Shown piece by piece: positions 13,201 through 23,905 of a DNA stretch of 64,000 nucleotides; the stretch's first letter is position 1; each line of letters opens with the position of its first letter. The notes beneath the pieces were generated by a model, which saw nothing but the letters and a program-made list of their open reading frames with translations, was not told the DNA's origin and searched no databases. The position numbers and the translations under genes were made by a program. The stretch is from Zancudomyces culisetae HAW-14-8. Taxonomy: Eukaryota; Fungi; Kickxellomycota. Location: assembly GCA_052426225.1 (NCBI GenBank), contig JBNJNM010000022.1, positions 1-64,000 on the forward strand. The letters run 5' to 3'.

Positions 13201-13878
13201 ATACTTTTCAGGGATTACAGGAGTAACAGGGGTTTCAGGATTAGATTCAGAGACAAGACAAAGATTTTCACAAGATTCAGGAGCTACAAGGGATTCAAGA
13301 TTGTTCACGGTAATTGCACCAGCATAGACAGTGTCTGGTGCCTTCAGATGTTCTTTAAACTGGTTTGAGCCCACAAGAGATATGTGTAGGTTGACATGGT
13401 TGGGCCCACAAGAAGTCAAGGTACAAGGCAGATGGACTATGTTCTCAGTCCAGTTGATGTCAGGATTGTGTTGTTGAAGCCAGGAAAGACCAAGGATGAT
13501 TGGTGAAGATCCAAGGTCTATTTGTTGCAGATAGATACTTTCGAGATGGTTATCGTTGATTTTTAGTGTTACTTGGGAGGCAGAGTTGGATCTAAGCTTT
13601 GATCCGTCAGCGAGCGTGATTGTCATTTTTCTAGATATAGATGGTAGATTGTTTTTTAGAGCAAAGGTGGCGTCAATGAACGAGGACGAAGCACCAGAAT
13701 CAACCATAGCGTAGGTTTTGATGTGGTGGTGCTTGGACAAGATGGTTACAGGAATGGTCAAGGTGTTTGGTTTATCAGGAGATTGGGTGTCAGAAACAGG
13801 AGTGGTTACAGTGGCGTGGGGACTGGCTAAGTTGCCCAATAGGTGTCCCTTACTGTCTACTGGGCGGTGTCGTTTTCC
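10261..13878 (-). CDS. pol: Pol polyprotein (protease, RT, RNase H, integrase, chromodomain), expressed by -1 frameshift
   Basis: VDSGA, YIDD, ETDASD, HDSPAAGH..CDTC, DDE core, GPF and chromodomain EYEVEKIL..YLVHWKGY..TW. The frame stays open upstream to GGAAAAC at 13872-13878. Confidence 0.97.
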   Translation of the reverse strand, partial: GKRHRPVDSKGHLLGNLASPHATVTTPVSDTQSPDKPNTLTIPVTILSKHHHIKTYAMVDSGASSSFIDATFALKNNLPSISRKMTITLADGSKLRSNSASQVTLKINDNHLESIYLQQIDLGSSPIILGLSWLQQHNPDINWTENIVHLPCTLTSCGPNHVNLHISLVGSNQFKEHLKAPDTVYAGAITVNNLESLVAPESCENLCLVSESNPETPVTPVIPEKYKMFESVFSESQSAKLPEHRPYDHTIPLLPDSKIPYGPLYNLSQLELKTLYDYIQENLANCFIQRSESPAGAPVLFVKKKDGSLRLCVDYRALNKITVPNRAALPLISETLDRLGKAKIFTKLDMKSAYHMIRISPGEEWKTAFRTRYGHFEYKVMPFGLMNAPATFQSFVNDLFREYIDQFLVVYIDDLLIYSDDIDKHYDHVCLVLKKLQEHNLTLKLEKCEFDVQSVQFLGFVIGPNGISMDPSKVSSVTEWKTPTCVRDVQVFLGLTNFYRRFILNYSKISLPLTALLKKGVQFQWTPKAEEAFTLLKETMISNPVLAHYNPDQPCIIETDASDFALGAICSQYDNEGQLHPVAYYSRKLLPAEVNYQIYDKELLAIIDAFAHWRHYLEFSVHPTVVMTDHKNLEYFSTTRNLSRRQVRWSEYLSNFNFVIKYRPGKQNTAADALSRKDQPWKGGDSRTDQNKITLLPPEIFLKSMTSTPVEPLSSTLMNNIKSLQPKDTYFGPIYTDLSKKPDSHEKFALVDNLLHYDGLICIPSDDNIKRTILIECHDSPAAGHFGNAKTYELVSRNFYWPTMRKYIKDYISGCDTCQRNKSSRHKPYGYLAPLPVPDSPWSSVSVDFITQLPPSNNFTAICVFVDRLTKMAHFVPTTNEIDAEGTADLFIQHVFCKHGLPKDIVSDRGVTFNSSFMRTLMKSLNIEQKMSTAFHPQTDGQTERVNSVLEQYLRCYIDYQQTDWSKWLPIAEFAYNNTSHASTKTTPFYANYGFHPRFSVIIPRTQVLNPASSDRSKRLSDIHQELKFNISLALEDHEKYYNRKVSSQPDFNIGDLVYLSTKNIRTQRPSKKLDYRKLGPFKVLEKIGQRSYKLQLPHTMKIHPVFHVNLLEPCKPDLIPDRLSKPLPPVIIDGQEEYEVEKILDSKIFGRTVKYLVHWKGYPDTERTWQTYSDLANAKYLVTEFHRHHPEKPKPPQMLHGAQP
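13819..13878 (-). promoter_or_regulatory. -1 frameshift signal of element B
   Basis: GGAAAAC, 6-nt spacer, stem GCCCAGTAG/CTATTGGGC, 14-nt loop whose GGGAC can pair with downstream GTCCC. pol lies in the -1 frame. Confidence 0.8.
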
Positions 13879-15077
13879 TGTGTTGGTGTAATGCTGGAGA
13901 TGTTGTGGCGTTTTTTTGGACAGTTGATGTTGAAATGGTCATTACCGCCACAATAGAGACAGAGGTTGTTTTCGATACGGTATGCTCTTTGAGCAGGAGT
14001 AAGTGGTGGTCTTCTAGTCGATGAAGCGGTACTGAGATCCATTGGTTGAGGTCCATCACTATTAGCTGGTGGAGTGGTAGATGGTGCAGAAACAGGTGAA
14101 GCAAACGGGTTGTAAGCAGTGGGTTTGGGTGGCATAGTTGCAGTGGGGTTAACTGGAGGTTGACGACGTTGTGGATGGCTGAAGAGGCGGTTGTCGATCT
14201 GGATGGCTGTAGAGATCAGGGTATCGATGTCTTCTATTGGTTCTCTACGGTTGAGTTCCTGGGATACGTTGTACTTGAGACCGGATAGAAACTGTGAGAT
14301 CAAAGGTGGTTGGTTCCAGTCAATTAACATCTGTAGGCGTCTAAACTCGGTGGCATATGCGGCAACGGAAGTGGTTTGGCGGAGTTGGCGGATTGCCCTA
14401 TCAGCATTCTCAATAGGGTTGGGATCACCAAAGGCACGAGTGATAGTTTCTTTAAACAGATTGTAGTTGGAGAGGATGGCAGGACGATCAGACTGTGGAA
14501 GGTTTGCTTTCATGAGGTAAGGTTCCATGTAACTGAATGGTGTGCCTGAGAGGTAGGAGATGGCATACAAGACTTTACTTGAGTCTGTGTTGAATTTATC
14601 GGGTGAAGCGGCAAAGACGAGAGCAAGCTGTGAAAAGAAGTTGGAACAGGCGGATGGTTTTCCTGAAAATGTGTCTGGGTGTCTGACTTTGATACTAGGT
14701 TCAGAAGTACTAGCAACTTTGGTGGCACGGTTTTCAGTTATATAAAGTATGACTTCGTTCCTGAGGGTACTGAGCTGGTCCTGAAGGGATTGGATTTCCA
14801 ACTGGTTGGCCTGTATGGCGCTTTGGGTTAGCTGGTCTGAATTCTGGATATCGGACTGGAGGTTGTTCATGGAGTCAAGAATGGTCTGGATGGACTTGGT
14901 AGTGTCTGCTTTGACCTTGTCATAAATTTTCTTGGATACTGTGGCAGGGTGTTCCTTGATGGCAGACTCGGCTTTTTCTACTCTTATTAGTAGTTGCTGG
15001 AGGGCTTCTTCAACTGTTGGCAGGGTCACGGCGGCTTTGTTGAGGAAATCAACTTGTTCTGGGCTAAACGGTTCCAT
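13857..15077 (-). CDS. gag: Gag of element B
   Basis: 406 aa, PDTFSG and LRQTTSVAAYATEF motifs, PQPMDL, zinc knuckle CLYCGGNDHFNINC. Confidence 0.97.
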   Translation of the reverse strand: MEPFSPEQVDFLNKAAVTLPTVEEALQQLLIRVEKAESAIKEHPATVSKKIYDKVKADTTKSIQTILDSMNNLQSDIQNSDQLTQSAIQANQLEIQSLQDQLSTLRNEVILYITENRATKVASTSEPSIKVRHPDTFSGKPSACSNFFSQLALVFAASPDKFNTDSSKVLYAISYLSGTPFSYMEPYLMKANLPQSDRPAILSNYNLFKETITRAFGDPNPIENADRAIRQLRQTTSVAAYATEFRRLQMLIDWNQPPLISQFLSGLKYNVSQELNRREPIEDIDTLISTAIQIDNRLFSHPQRRQPPVNPTATMPPKPTAYNPFASPVSAPSTTPPANSDGPQPMDLSTASSTRRPPLTPAQRAYRIENNLCLYCGGNDHFNINCPKKRHNISSITPTQENDTAQ

Positions 15078-15126
15078 GGTTAAAATACTTAGGCTGGTGT
15101 CAGAAAATAATAAATATAATATTTTG

Positions 15127-15135
15127 ATCTAGTAT
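15127..15135 (-). promoter_or_regulatory. Self-priming primer-binding site of element B
   Basis: ATACTAGAT, 2 nt after the 5' LTR, is the exact complement of ATCTAGTAT (15214-15206), which lies 37 nt downstream of the LTR TATA box. Confidence 0.75.
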
Positions 15136-15137
15136 AG

Positions 15138-15548
15138 TGTCAAGATCTGGAGTCAGGAGAGTTATATGTATTATTATTAAAGTTTATTGTATGAATGTAT
15201 ACAAGATACTAGATACTGAATCCAAGACAGGAAAATTGTACCCTTTTTATACTTTTTTCCAGCCTTGGTTTTTGAACAAAATCACTATGAAAACTGCGGA
15301 TTAGCTAAAAATGCAAGTTAAAGTAAAACGTGTTTGATTACTAATCAAATTGGATTAGTAATCATACAAAAATCAAACTCGAATGCTATTAAAATTAAAC
15401 ATGTGAAAATTATTACGTAATAAAAATTAAGAAATAATGTGAATTTTCGGTAATGTTCTAGAATGTTGGGGAACATTCTAAACATTACTGCGGTGTAAAA
15501 TCAGTGATTCTAGAACGTTTTCGAACATTCTAGAATCAGTTCATGACA
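15138..15548 (-). repeat. 5' LTR of element B
   Basis: Direct repeat of 9838-10248; TATAAAAA on the minus strand at 15251-15244. Confidence 0.98.
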
Positions 15549-16020
15549 GTATCACTGCTTAAACCAGTTCAAGAATCAATTCAGACTTTAAGATCACAGC
15601 CTCAGCCCCCTCCACTAATAGTAAACAACCAAGAAGAGTATTTAGTTCGTCAAATACTAGACTCAAAGATAGTTAAGGGAAAACTCAAGTATCTGATTGA
15701 TTGGGATGGCTATGGTCCTGAAGATCGTACTTGGGAAGATTCCACTGATGTCCACGCTACCAAATTGATAAAACAATTCCATGCTAAGTACCCTGACAAG
15801 CCATGCTAAGACATATGGCTGCTCTAAGGCTGGGGTAATGTCATGAACCAATCATGCCATGAATAAAATTTAAGAATTTCATTGGTTAAATTTTATTCAA
15901 AAATTTTTTCTAAAATTTTTTGTAAAACTTTTCATGCAAAACTCATTTATTTAGAAATTAATCATTTTATTGCTTTTGAATCTTTAGCAATAAAATAGTA
16001 ATAATAAATAAATCATAGGT
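15549..16020 (+). mobile_element. 3' fragment of a third Gypsy chromovirus (element C): chromodomain, PPT, partial LTR
   Basis: VSLLKP...EEYLVRQILDS...YLIDWDGYGPEDRTWE to the stop at 15809. LTR starts TGTCATGA at 15839 and shares TTATTGCTTT..CTTTAGCAATA with family C solo LTRs. Confidence 0.9.
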
Positions 16021-16023
16021 CGA

Positions 16024-16333
16024 TTAACGTACCTGGAGCCATAGCCTTGATATAGACTTACTAGCATTAACAATAAAATCCATTTCTAACTTCTTTTGTA
16101 CCGAAGTAGCAGATCGATACTCTCCAGATAATATCATCCTAGTACATATTCGCTTGCTTTGGGGTAAAAGCTTCGTTGGACAACCGCGTTTATTAGCCGG
16201 TAAATTGATATTCATTGCTGCTTTTATTCTGTATATTGTTGCATTACTAACTCCATTTTCTATAATGATTTGTCTATGCTTTTGCCTTCAAGTAACGCGT
16301 TTTTTATATCCAGTTTACGTTGTTCAGATATCA
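16024..16333 (-). pseudogene. 5' fragment of a second Tc1-like transposase
   Basis: MISEQRKLDIKNALLEGK..GVSNATIYRIK..RGCPTKL..R.I.SG...SAT resembles a Tc1 paired/HTH region and parallels 9031-9543. Confidence 0.75.
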
Positions 16334-16817
16334 TTTTTTATAATATTAATCTTAGATTAGTATAATGTTGTCATATATTTAATATATAAAAGTTTTAAAA
16401 ATTTAAAATTTGAATTCATAAAGTTATGATTGTTTAAATTTTTTTTTTGAAAAATTCCCAAAATAGTCTCATTTTAAAAAAAATTTTAATTAATAATTTA
16501 ATAATGAATTTTTAACCAATAAAAATACAGTTTATATAAATCTGAATATAACATTTGTGCATTATATAATATATAAAACATATAATTTCTGGATATTATT
16601 GAGCAAGATATTACACTTTGCAAATTATTTTCAATATTTTGAGACATTTTTGAAACTCACTGTATTTATACGTTCCTATAAGATTGACTTATTTATAATT
16701 ATTTCTGTTTTTCAAAGTAAAAATAATAAACATCAAAGTATCTACTATCGATCTAAGGTTGTCAGATAATTGATAGTTGAAAAATTAAAAATTGTAGAAC
16801 CTAAATTAGTTTTTACC

Positions 16818-17711
16818 ATGTTTAAAAAGCTATTGATTTTGATTGCGTTATTGCAATTCATCCTAGCATCGTCAGATTTTCAGAAAGACCTAGCATGTAA
16901 GGTTACAGTCACCAACGCATACCCTTGTACGGAACATAAGTATTGGAGAGATCTGAGCGGTGAAATACCTATGAATGCGGGAGACTGATTCAAGTACTGG
17001 TCATTCTCATACAAGGACTTTGACAGAAATCAAATAAAATACTCAGGACACGATTTGCCTAATGTGTAATCAATCAATGTATTGGTTTTAATGTTGATTC
17101 AAATCTGAGAACAGGTGAATCTATATTTACTTGGGTCAAGGCTGTTTTACAGTAAAAGTTTTGGCCAGAACCTATATGAAATGTGTTAAACTTGACACTG
17201 TGAGTGACTACAACGCAATGCATATACGCTTGTGTCATAACCATAAAATATAATTAAATTCTAGACCGTTGTGTCTATTTATATTTATTGGTAAGTTTAA
17301 ATTACGAATTTTAGTTAATAAATTCGTAATTACCATTTCATGATTTTCTAAGAACATTCTAGAAATTTTATTAATACTTAATAATTTTAATAATAAGTAA
17401 CTGTCTAGAACATTTTGATTAGTAATCAAGCGATAGAAGCAATAATTTTTATTCAAGTCTCAACTTTTTTATAAGTATAAAAACCCTAGTTTTTTCCTTA
17501 AAATTTCTATTCCTTATCTGACAACAATTGTCTTATATAAAAAAAAAATAGTACTAAACTAAATATTCCTAAACCAGTTTTGACAGCTTGAGAACCAAAA
17601 TCTGTGTAGACGAAAAATGGGATGCACTTGCATATGAAAGATACTGTCATTTGAACAATTGTGGATTAGGGTGGATGGACATTCTCAAAAGAAAAATCAG
17701 TGTTCTGTTGA
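16818..17711 (+). pseudogene. Disrupted secreted Cys-containing protein gene
   Basis: Signal peptide MFKKLLILIALLQFILAS, internal stops, and a reading frame continuing across the 17233 solo LTR (NAMHIRL|RTKICVDEKW). Confidence 0.55.
17233..17585 (+). mobile_element. Solo LTR (family A)
   Basis: TGTCA...TGACA, perfect TSD GCTTG, TATAAAAACCCTAG and ATCTGACAAC shared with the 6755 LTR. Confidence 0.92.
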
Positions 17712-18249
17712 TTTTTTGAATCTTTGTTAAAATACTGCTTCCGATGCCTGTATTAAAAAACTTTCGACTTATTACTTTATAATTCAAATATTTGCGTTTT
17801 ATTTTATTCACTACTAAAACGACTGTCAAATAAAAATATTATATGATAATCTGTTAAATTTTATCTAAAGGATATACAGACCAGAATTATATTTTAAGCC
17901 CATTCATTTGAAATTTAAAATAAGGATCCATTTCATTAAAACAAATAATTACTATACTAATTTTTATAATTCTTATTCCACTTAATACACACTATACCCA
18001 GTAGAAAAATGGAAAATTACATCAGTAAATAGCGGATACCAGTTTATGAATTTTAAAGATGTTTTATTCTATTAAACTTCTGTAAATTAATTATGTAACT
18101 AAGAACCACACTGTTCAAATTCTAGATCTATCTATTATTTTGATCAATTTATATTTAAAAATTTTAAAATAATTGGTTAAATGTATAAAACTAGTAGCAG
18201 AAAAATATACTATAGTATAGATTGAAACTTGTAAAATTTTTATAGATAG

Positions 18250-19265
18250 ATGAAGCATACTGAACAATTATCATTGAATCTGTATTATTATCTGGTTTGT
18301 TGGTTTTGATTAAAATATGGTTGCTTTATTTTATATATATTTCTATACTGTTTGCTTTCATATTTATATTTGACATAATAATTAAATATTTTATCATACC
18401 CAAAAGAGAAGCAATCTTATTAAAAAAATGATTTAATACAAATTACTACCCATTTTAATACATAGATGATATTCGTGTTATATAGGTCGATTTTCAATAT
18501 ATTTACGTAAATTTCTATCATATTAGAAATATTTTAGATCTTTTTATTCAGATTTTATCCACATAATTCAAAACCACAATCGCAAAAGGTAAGCAGTTAT
18601 ATCAATTTATCTTATTGTAAAAAATTGTTTTTTCTAAAGATACTTTTAACCGAGAGTGTTACATTTAACAATCGAAGTATTATATAAATAATAGTGCATG
18701 GGTTGTTGATAGATTTTCTATATATTAATGTGCTAGGATTAACCTGTTATGCGGTAAGAGAATGGTTATAGTCGTGTATAAATAATCTGCCAATTATCAA
18801 TGTCTCAAATCTATTATTAGGTCTACAATTGTTATATAATACCTTACTGTTGGTTCTATAACAGTGATATTACCAAGCTTGTTTTTTTAGAGTAATCTGT
18901 TAAGTAACTGTGGAAATTATAGTTATTATTATTATTATTACTATCATTTAAACATGTATTTTATCTTTATTTTTCATTATAAATTATATTTATTGAAGGG
19001 TACAAATATGCTAATATTCTAATATTCTATTCATAATTATTCTTTGTTTATACACACCTTTTCGATGGAGTTGGTAAATTTTGAATAAATATTATTTCTT
19101 TAACCGTATTTTGTTTCAACATTTAAGAAAAAATATATATTAATATATTTTAATAATTCGCTATTATTAGATCGATGGAAATATTTAGTAAGTTAGCAAA
19201 TCCATAATTGTACTATTTAAATAAATAACAATGTATCATTCATCATTTATTCACTATAGACAATT
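18250..19265 (+). pseudogene. Decayed cystinosin/ERS1-like PQ-loop transporter
   Basis: Ordered remnants FYP-IIQNHNRK|gtaag intron|VHGLLIDFLYINVLGLTCYAV, NLPIINVSNLLLGL and IDGN-SKLA...FIHYR match cystinosin motifs recalled from memory (FYPQ..NWRRKSV.GLS.DF..LN..G; GNP.K...QH..LYR). Stops and frameshifts throughout. Confidence 0.55.
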
Positions 19266-20248
19266 TATTAAATATAATTGTAAAAGTAAAAGCTCTGCTT
19301 AGATATTACTCTCTATCTACTCTCAATTCTCCTCATGAATATTTTTTAGTTAGTTCTACTAATTTTTACAGCTGTAACTTTCTAGCGGCACTACATTCCT
19401 ATTATGATTTTAATCATTTTATTGGCTTTAATTTATAGTGGGGTTTGCAAACTTAAATTAAAGTTTGTAGTTTAAATTTTTTTATTCCAGATCATTTATA
19501 AATATAAAGTATATAACCTATCTAGTTAATATATGTATAGAAATATTCTAATTAGATGAAAGGCTAGCCAAAAAGGTAAAGTTCTGCGGATTAGATATTA
19601 AACTATAATTTTATTTTCAGTTTCGTAATATTTCAAAAATTCTCGAACAATTTAAATATATACCAAATTATAGTATAATTATAATAACAAGCGAACTATC
19701 TAAATGATTTTCGTTATAGATGTTTCTAGATAGCTCTTTTAATAATTTATAAATTATAGACTACGGTGCAGGATAAAAAAGAGATAATTTTATTAAATTA
19801 AGTATCGATTTCTAGAAAAGCAATAACCATACAATGGAATAATTTTAATAGTTAAAAATGACAAATGACCAATAAATATGAAAAGCAGAAATATCAATTA
19901 AGAAAAGATCTAGAAATTAAGATTTTGTTATTTATATGAATATAAACTATATAGTACGTTTTAGCTTTTCATAATATAAATAGCGTTTTCATTAGTCTAG
20001 ACAAAAAATAAAGAAAATCTAAACTAACACAAAAATACAATTTAGGAGAAAAATAAAAAATATTACCATACTTGGACCATAACTAAATATTATGACAACT
20101 CAACTTTATAAGGTAGAAATTGGAGTAATCATTTCAATGTAAAATGTATTTAAGAAGCAATATTTTTCACTCTAAAAAAAACTCACTACTCATCTTCTTA
20201 AATTCAACAATCCAAACTAGAATAGAAAAAAGAAAGAATAATCCTAAA

Positions 20249-20665
20249 ATGTTCAAGTCAGCAATTCTCAGTATCTTAGCACTTAGCTCAACCTTTGGTC
20301 ACAGTGTACAGAAATCTAAGAACAAATCTAATCAAGCTATTAGTGTAAACAGCGTTACTGAGATCAAATTCAATCAGATGCATTCCGTTTATCAAACTTT
20401 ACCAGTTCAACTATTTTATCTTAACCTCTATAAATTGCCCCGAGGTACCTGCAATATCAAACCAAACCAATGTTATCGCACGACCCCTATATTATCTTTT
20501 AAAATAGATAGTGTACCGGGAAACAGAGGTAACCTTTTGTTTTGTCGGTCAGAAGATTGCAATAGTAATTGTATTATGCTGGATTTGTCAAAGAAAAAAG
20601 AGATTGATTCTACTTTGATGTACATTAGCGGCGGTGCACAGTCAATGGCTTGGTTTAATAATTAA
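20249..20665 (+). CDS. Small secreted protein, putative beta/gamma-crystallin-like family
   Basis: Signal peptide MFKSAILSILALSSTFG; motif VQLF..CY..SFKI..G.LLFCxxxxCxxxC..SMAW shared with 30609 and 47181. Confidence 0.8.
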   Translation: MFKSAILSILALSSTFGHSVQKSKNKSNQAISVNSVTEIKFNQMHSVYQTLPVQLFYLNLYKLPRGTCNIKPNQCYRTTPILSFKIDSVPGNRGNLLFCRSEDCNSNCIMLDLSKKKEIDSTLMYISGGAQSMAWFNN

Positions 20666-21514
20666 GATTCAATTATTAATTTGTTATCAATTAGTTTATA
20701 TTCATTATTTTATGGTTATTCAGAAATATCTAAATAAATATCTTAACTAAACCAAATTTTTAAGTATACAAGGTAAAACCCTAAAACCAAAACTAGTTGA
20801 CGTTATAATATTTTTTTATCAATCTCATTGAACCAGCATAATTTTTTACAGGATACTCTATTCACTCATATCTGGCTAAAAGTTTTAATCTTAATTAAAA
20901 AAAATAATTAATTTTGGTTTTGCGAATTGTATACCTGAATTATTCACTGCTTTGTAATATTTCTATCAGAGGTAATTGAGGATGTTTCAATATTAATTAT
21001 TTCTAAATTTAAATTTATACCAGAGTAGCTAGATTGAGTGGGTAATGTGAAAGTGTAAAAGTTATACCTTCATTGAGCACCCCTGGTTTCATGAATTTCA
21101 TCTCTCAACCATCCTAAAGTGAATTTTATACGAAAGCCCGAGTGTATGTTTGACACATATAGGATGCTACTGGACAAGATAAGAGAGAACTCATGTTAAT
21201 TTTATTATTTTAATTATTTTTATTTGAGACTATACACTACAATATTTAACATTTTATTTTACAAAGTACCAAAAATATTTTAATAATTAAACTCAATACA
21301 AGAGCAAAAGTATATATATATTTTATAAAATTAGTTTTCATGTAACTTGTATATAGAAAGTAAGCAACGTGACTATAAAACATTACAGAAATTCCATTAT
21401 TTATTTATTATTTTTCTCGATTAATTATAACTTGTTTTAACAAGATATTAATTCCAACGAACATTAAATTTTGAATATCCAAAAAATAAAATCAATATAA
21501 ATAAACCTTTCCAC

Positions 21515-22321
21515 TGTCGGACGTGGCTGGACTGGCCACGCTTCTTAGTCGGGTTTCTCATGGAATCCATCTCTCTTTGAACCACTCCTTCAAGAAAAGA
21601 GAATGGATCACGTGACGCTTCCGGTTCTATTTCCATAGAAGTAGCTTCGGAACGATCACTATCCGAGGAGTACCGCCCCTCATCCTTGAATCTCTGGATG
21701 ATGGCAGCGCGCAGATGACCCATAAGACCTGACATGAGATTTTAGTAATTTTAAACTTTTATCTTTTACTATTTTAAACTTTTAGCCGTAGCACTATTAT
21801 ATGATTATATTACTTTTGAATAAACTTGTATTAAACAGAATCCTTCTTGTACTATGTCTTTATTTCTTATTGTTATGAATATGTTTTAAACTACTAAAAG
21901 AGCTAAAGAGACTCCTAATGAGATCTCTTTGGCTTTTATATATGTAAATTGCTAATTTTAAAACTATTACTAATCTTATCCTATTAATATTTATTATATC
22001 CGCTATCTCTTCATATTATGCTTTGTGGTCGTCCTCATAGTTTGACTCATTTTCCATAGTCAATTAATACTCTTTAATTTAATTAAATATACTAATAATA
22101 ATAAATTCTTTTTATGTCCTTATTTCATTTTGTAATTTTTCTCTTGGATTTTTGATCTGACTATTTCCTTCATTTTATGATCAGAAATAATCTTCATATT
22201 TTTGATATTAATGATTAAATAAAATTCATTTCATTTTTAGATAATTGAATAATATCCTTTGAATATTTGTATATTCCCAAGAAATCGGATTAAGTTGGAA
22301 TTCAACCCAGAACACACGACA
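21515..22321 (-). mobile_element. Long solo LTR (family D, 807 bp) containing the first 73 codons of an ORF
   Basis: TGTCG...CGACA termini, 4-bp TSD CCAC, TATA and hairpin at 21901-21943, ATG at 21735. Confidence 0.8.
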
Positions 22322-22485
22322 CCACACTTTACTAGATAACTTTATATGTAGATATATTCTGTTGCGACAAAACTGTTCAATTTTTTTAAAGTTCTTTAAA
22401 TGTGATGTATGATTGCTGAGTAGATAATATAAATCAACTTTATTATAAAAGTGCTTATTAATTTACTTAGATAGATATTGGGTAT

Positions 22486-23276
22486 TGTCGCACGTGACCG
22501 GGTGGATCACGTTTCTTTGTCATGTTTTTCATGAATAGAAACTCCTGACTGATTTCATCTTCTAGATGTTGAAATGTATCACTTGAGGTGGTCGAATCAA
22601 TATCCATTGAAGACACTCTTGATCTGTCGCTATCTGATGAATAGCGACCTTCATCCCTGAACTGCAGGATGATTGCTGTCCTGAGCTGTTTCATGAGTCC
22701 TGGCATTGCTTTTAGATTTTAATAATTTTAACTTTTTACTTTGAACTATCTTCTAGCCTTAGCACATTAATACTCAATACTATTATTTAATAAACTTCAT
22801 TTAATCAATACTTTTTTGATTATTCAAACTTGTTTTATTTTTCTGTTTAACGTGTTAATAGAAAAACTACTAACTGAGCTAAAGAAACTCCTAATTATCT
22901 TTTTTAATTATAATAATTAATATTTATTAATCTGTGCTATATGCCTGTTTGTTTATTCGATTTATATTATTTAATCTCATTAATTTTTCTGAATGATATC
23001 ATATCTCATTTTCCATACGCGTGTTAATACTCCTATGATATTTGATAAATACTGTTATTAATAAATTCTTTATGGTGTTTTTGCATATTATTATTTTTCT
23101 CTTGTATTTTGTCTTGTATATTTCCATCATTTTGTGATCGGAAATTTGTATATTTTTTTTGATTGAAATTATTATAAAGATGAATTCCATTTTCTATAAT
23201 AATATCATTTGTTTTAAATGTTTATAGATTCCCAAGTAATTGGATTATCTACATCTTGTACCCGGCACACATGACA
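22486..23276 (-). mobile_element. Long solo LTR (family D, 791 bp)
   Basis: TGTCG...ATGACA, colinear with 21515-22321, homologous ORF from ATG 22706; TSD not preserved. Confidence 0.75.
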
Positions 23277-23498
23277 ATAGTACTATTAGACTAGATTATT
23301 TTGGAAACGAGTGATATTTTAAAATAATTTTTTAACGTTGAACATAATAAATTGTAGATATAATATAAATTTGTTTTAGGTTACAATTTATCTTGGTTGA
23401 TAATAATATTTTAATATTTTATACTGATCAGAATAAAACAGCTTAGTATTAACTAAAGCCTGAAATATTCAATAACACAAACAACGTTCAATATAGCT

Positions 23499-23905
23499 TG
23501 TCAAATAGTGGATATTTAAGGTTTATCTAGAAATTTAGTTGTCATTTCAATTATTAAAACCCACCTTGAATACTCTAGAAGTCCGGAGCATATTAGTTTA
23601 TTTAGTTCTAGGTTTATTATATAGTATAGTTATTATTATTTAGTATAGTTAGTTTTATATATAAGGCTTAAGTTTCTTAGTGAGAGTTTTTCTTAACACC
23701 TTATTTTTCAGAATAAAAAGTATTTTCCAAAATATTTATTCACATTTATTAACCTACATTTTTAATAAGCAAGTATAACACTTTTAAACCAATTAACTTT
23801 TAACAAAAAGACTATTTAGAACCACACACGTAATAGTTAGTAAATCTTTGGTGAACGTGGTTATATCATCATTATAAATATTGAAGAATTTCTTCTTATA
23901 TGACA
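23499..23905 (+). mobile_element. Solo LTR (407 bp, separate family)
   Basis: TGTCA...TGACA, 4-bp TSD AGCT, internal TATATAAG and AATAAA. Confidence 0.65.

Larger units (their letters stand above)
9838..15548 (-). mobile_element. Apparently intact Ty3/Gypsy chromovirus (element B, Tf1/sushi-like)
   Basis: Two 411-bp LTRs (9838-10248 and 15138-15548, five substitutions by eye), PPT GAGGGGAGG next to the 3' LTR, uninterrupted gag and pol. Confidence 0.98.

Noticed and set aside
10575-15132. Many short overlapping ORFs within element B, and similar ones within 56.4-63.9 kb
   Set aside because: Shadow frames of long genuine CDSs or short AT-rich ORFs without motifs.
15543-15809. Chromodomain ORF as a host gene or as the missing 3' end of element A
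   Set aside because: Its ATG comes from element B's LTR, and it is followed by a PPT and an LTR of family C rather than family A.
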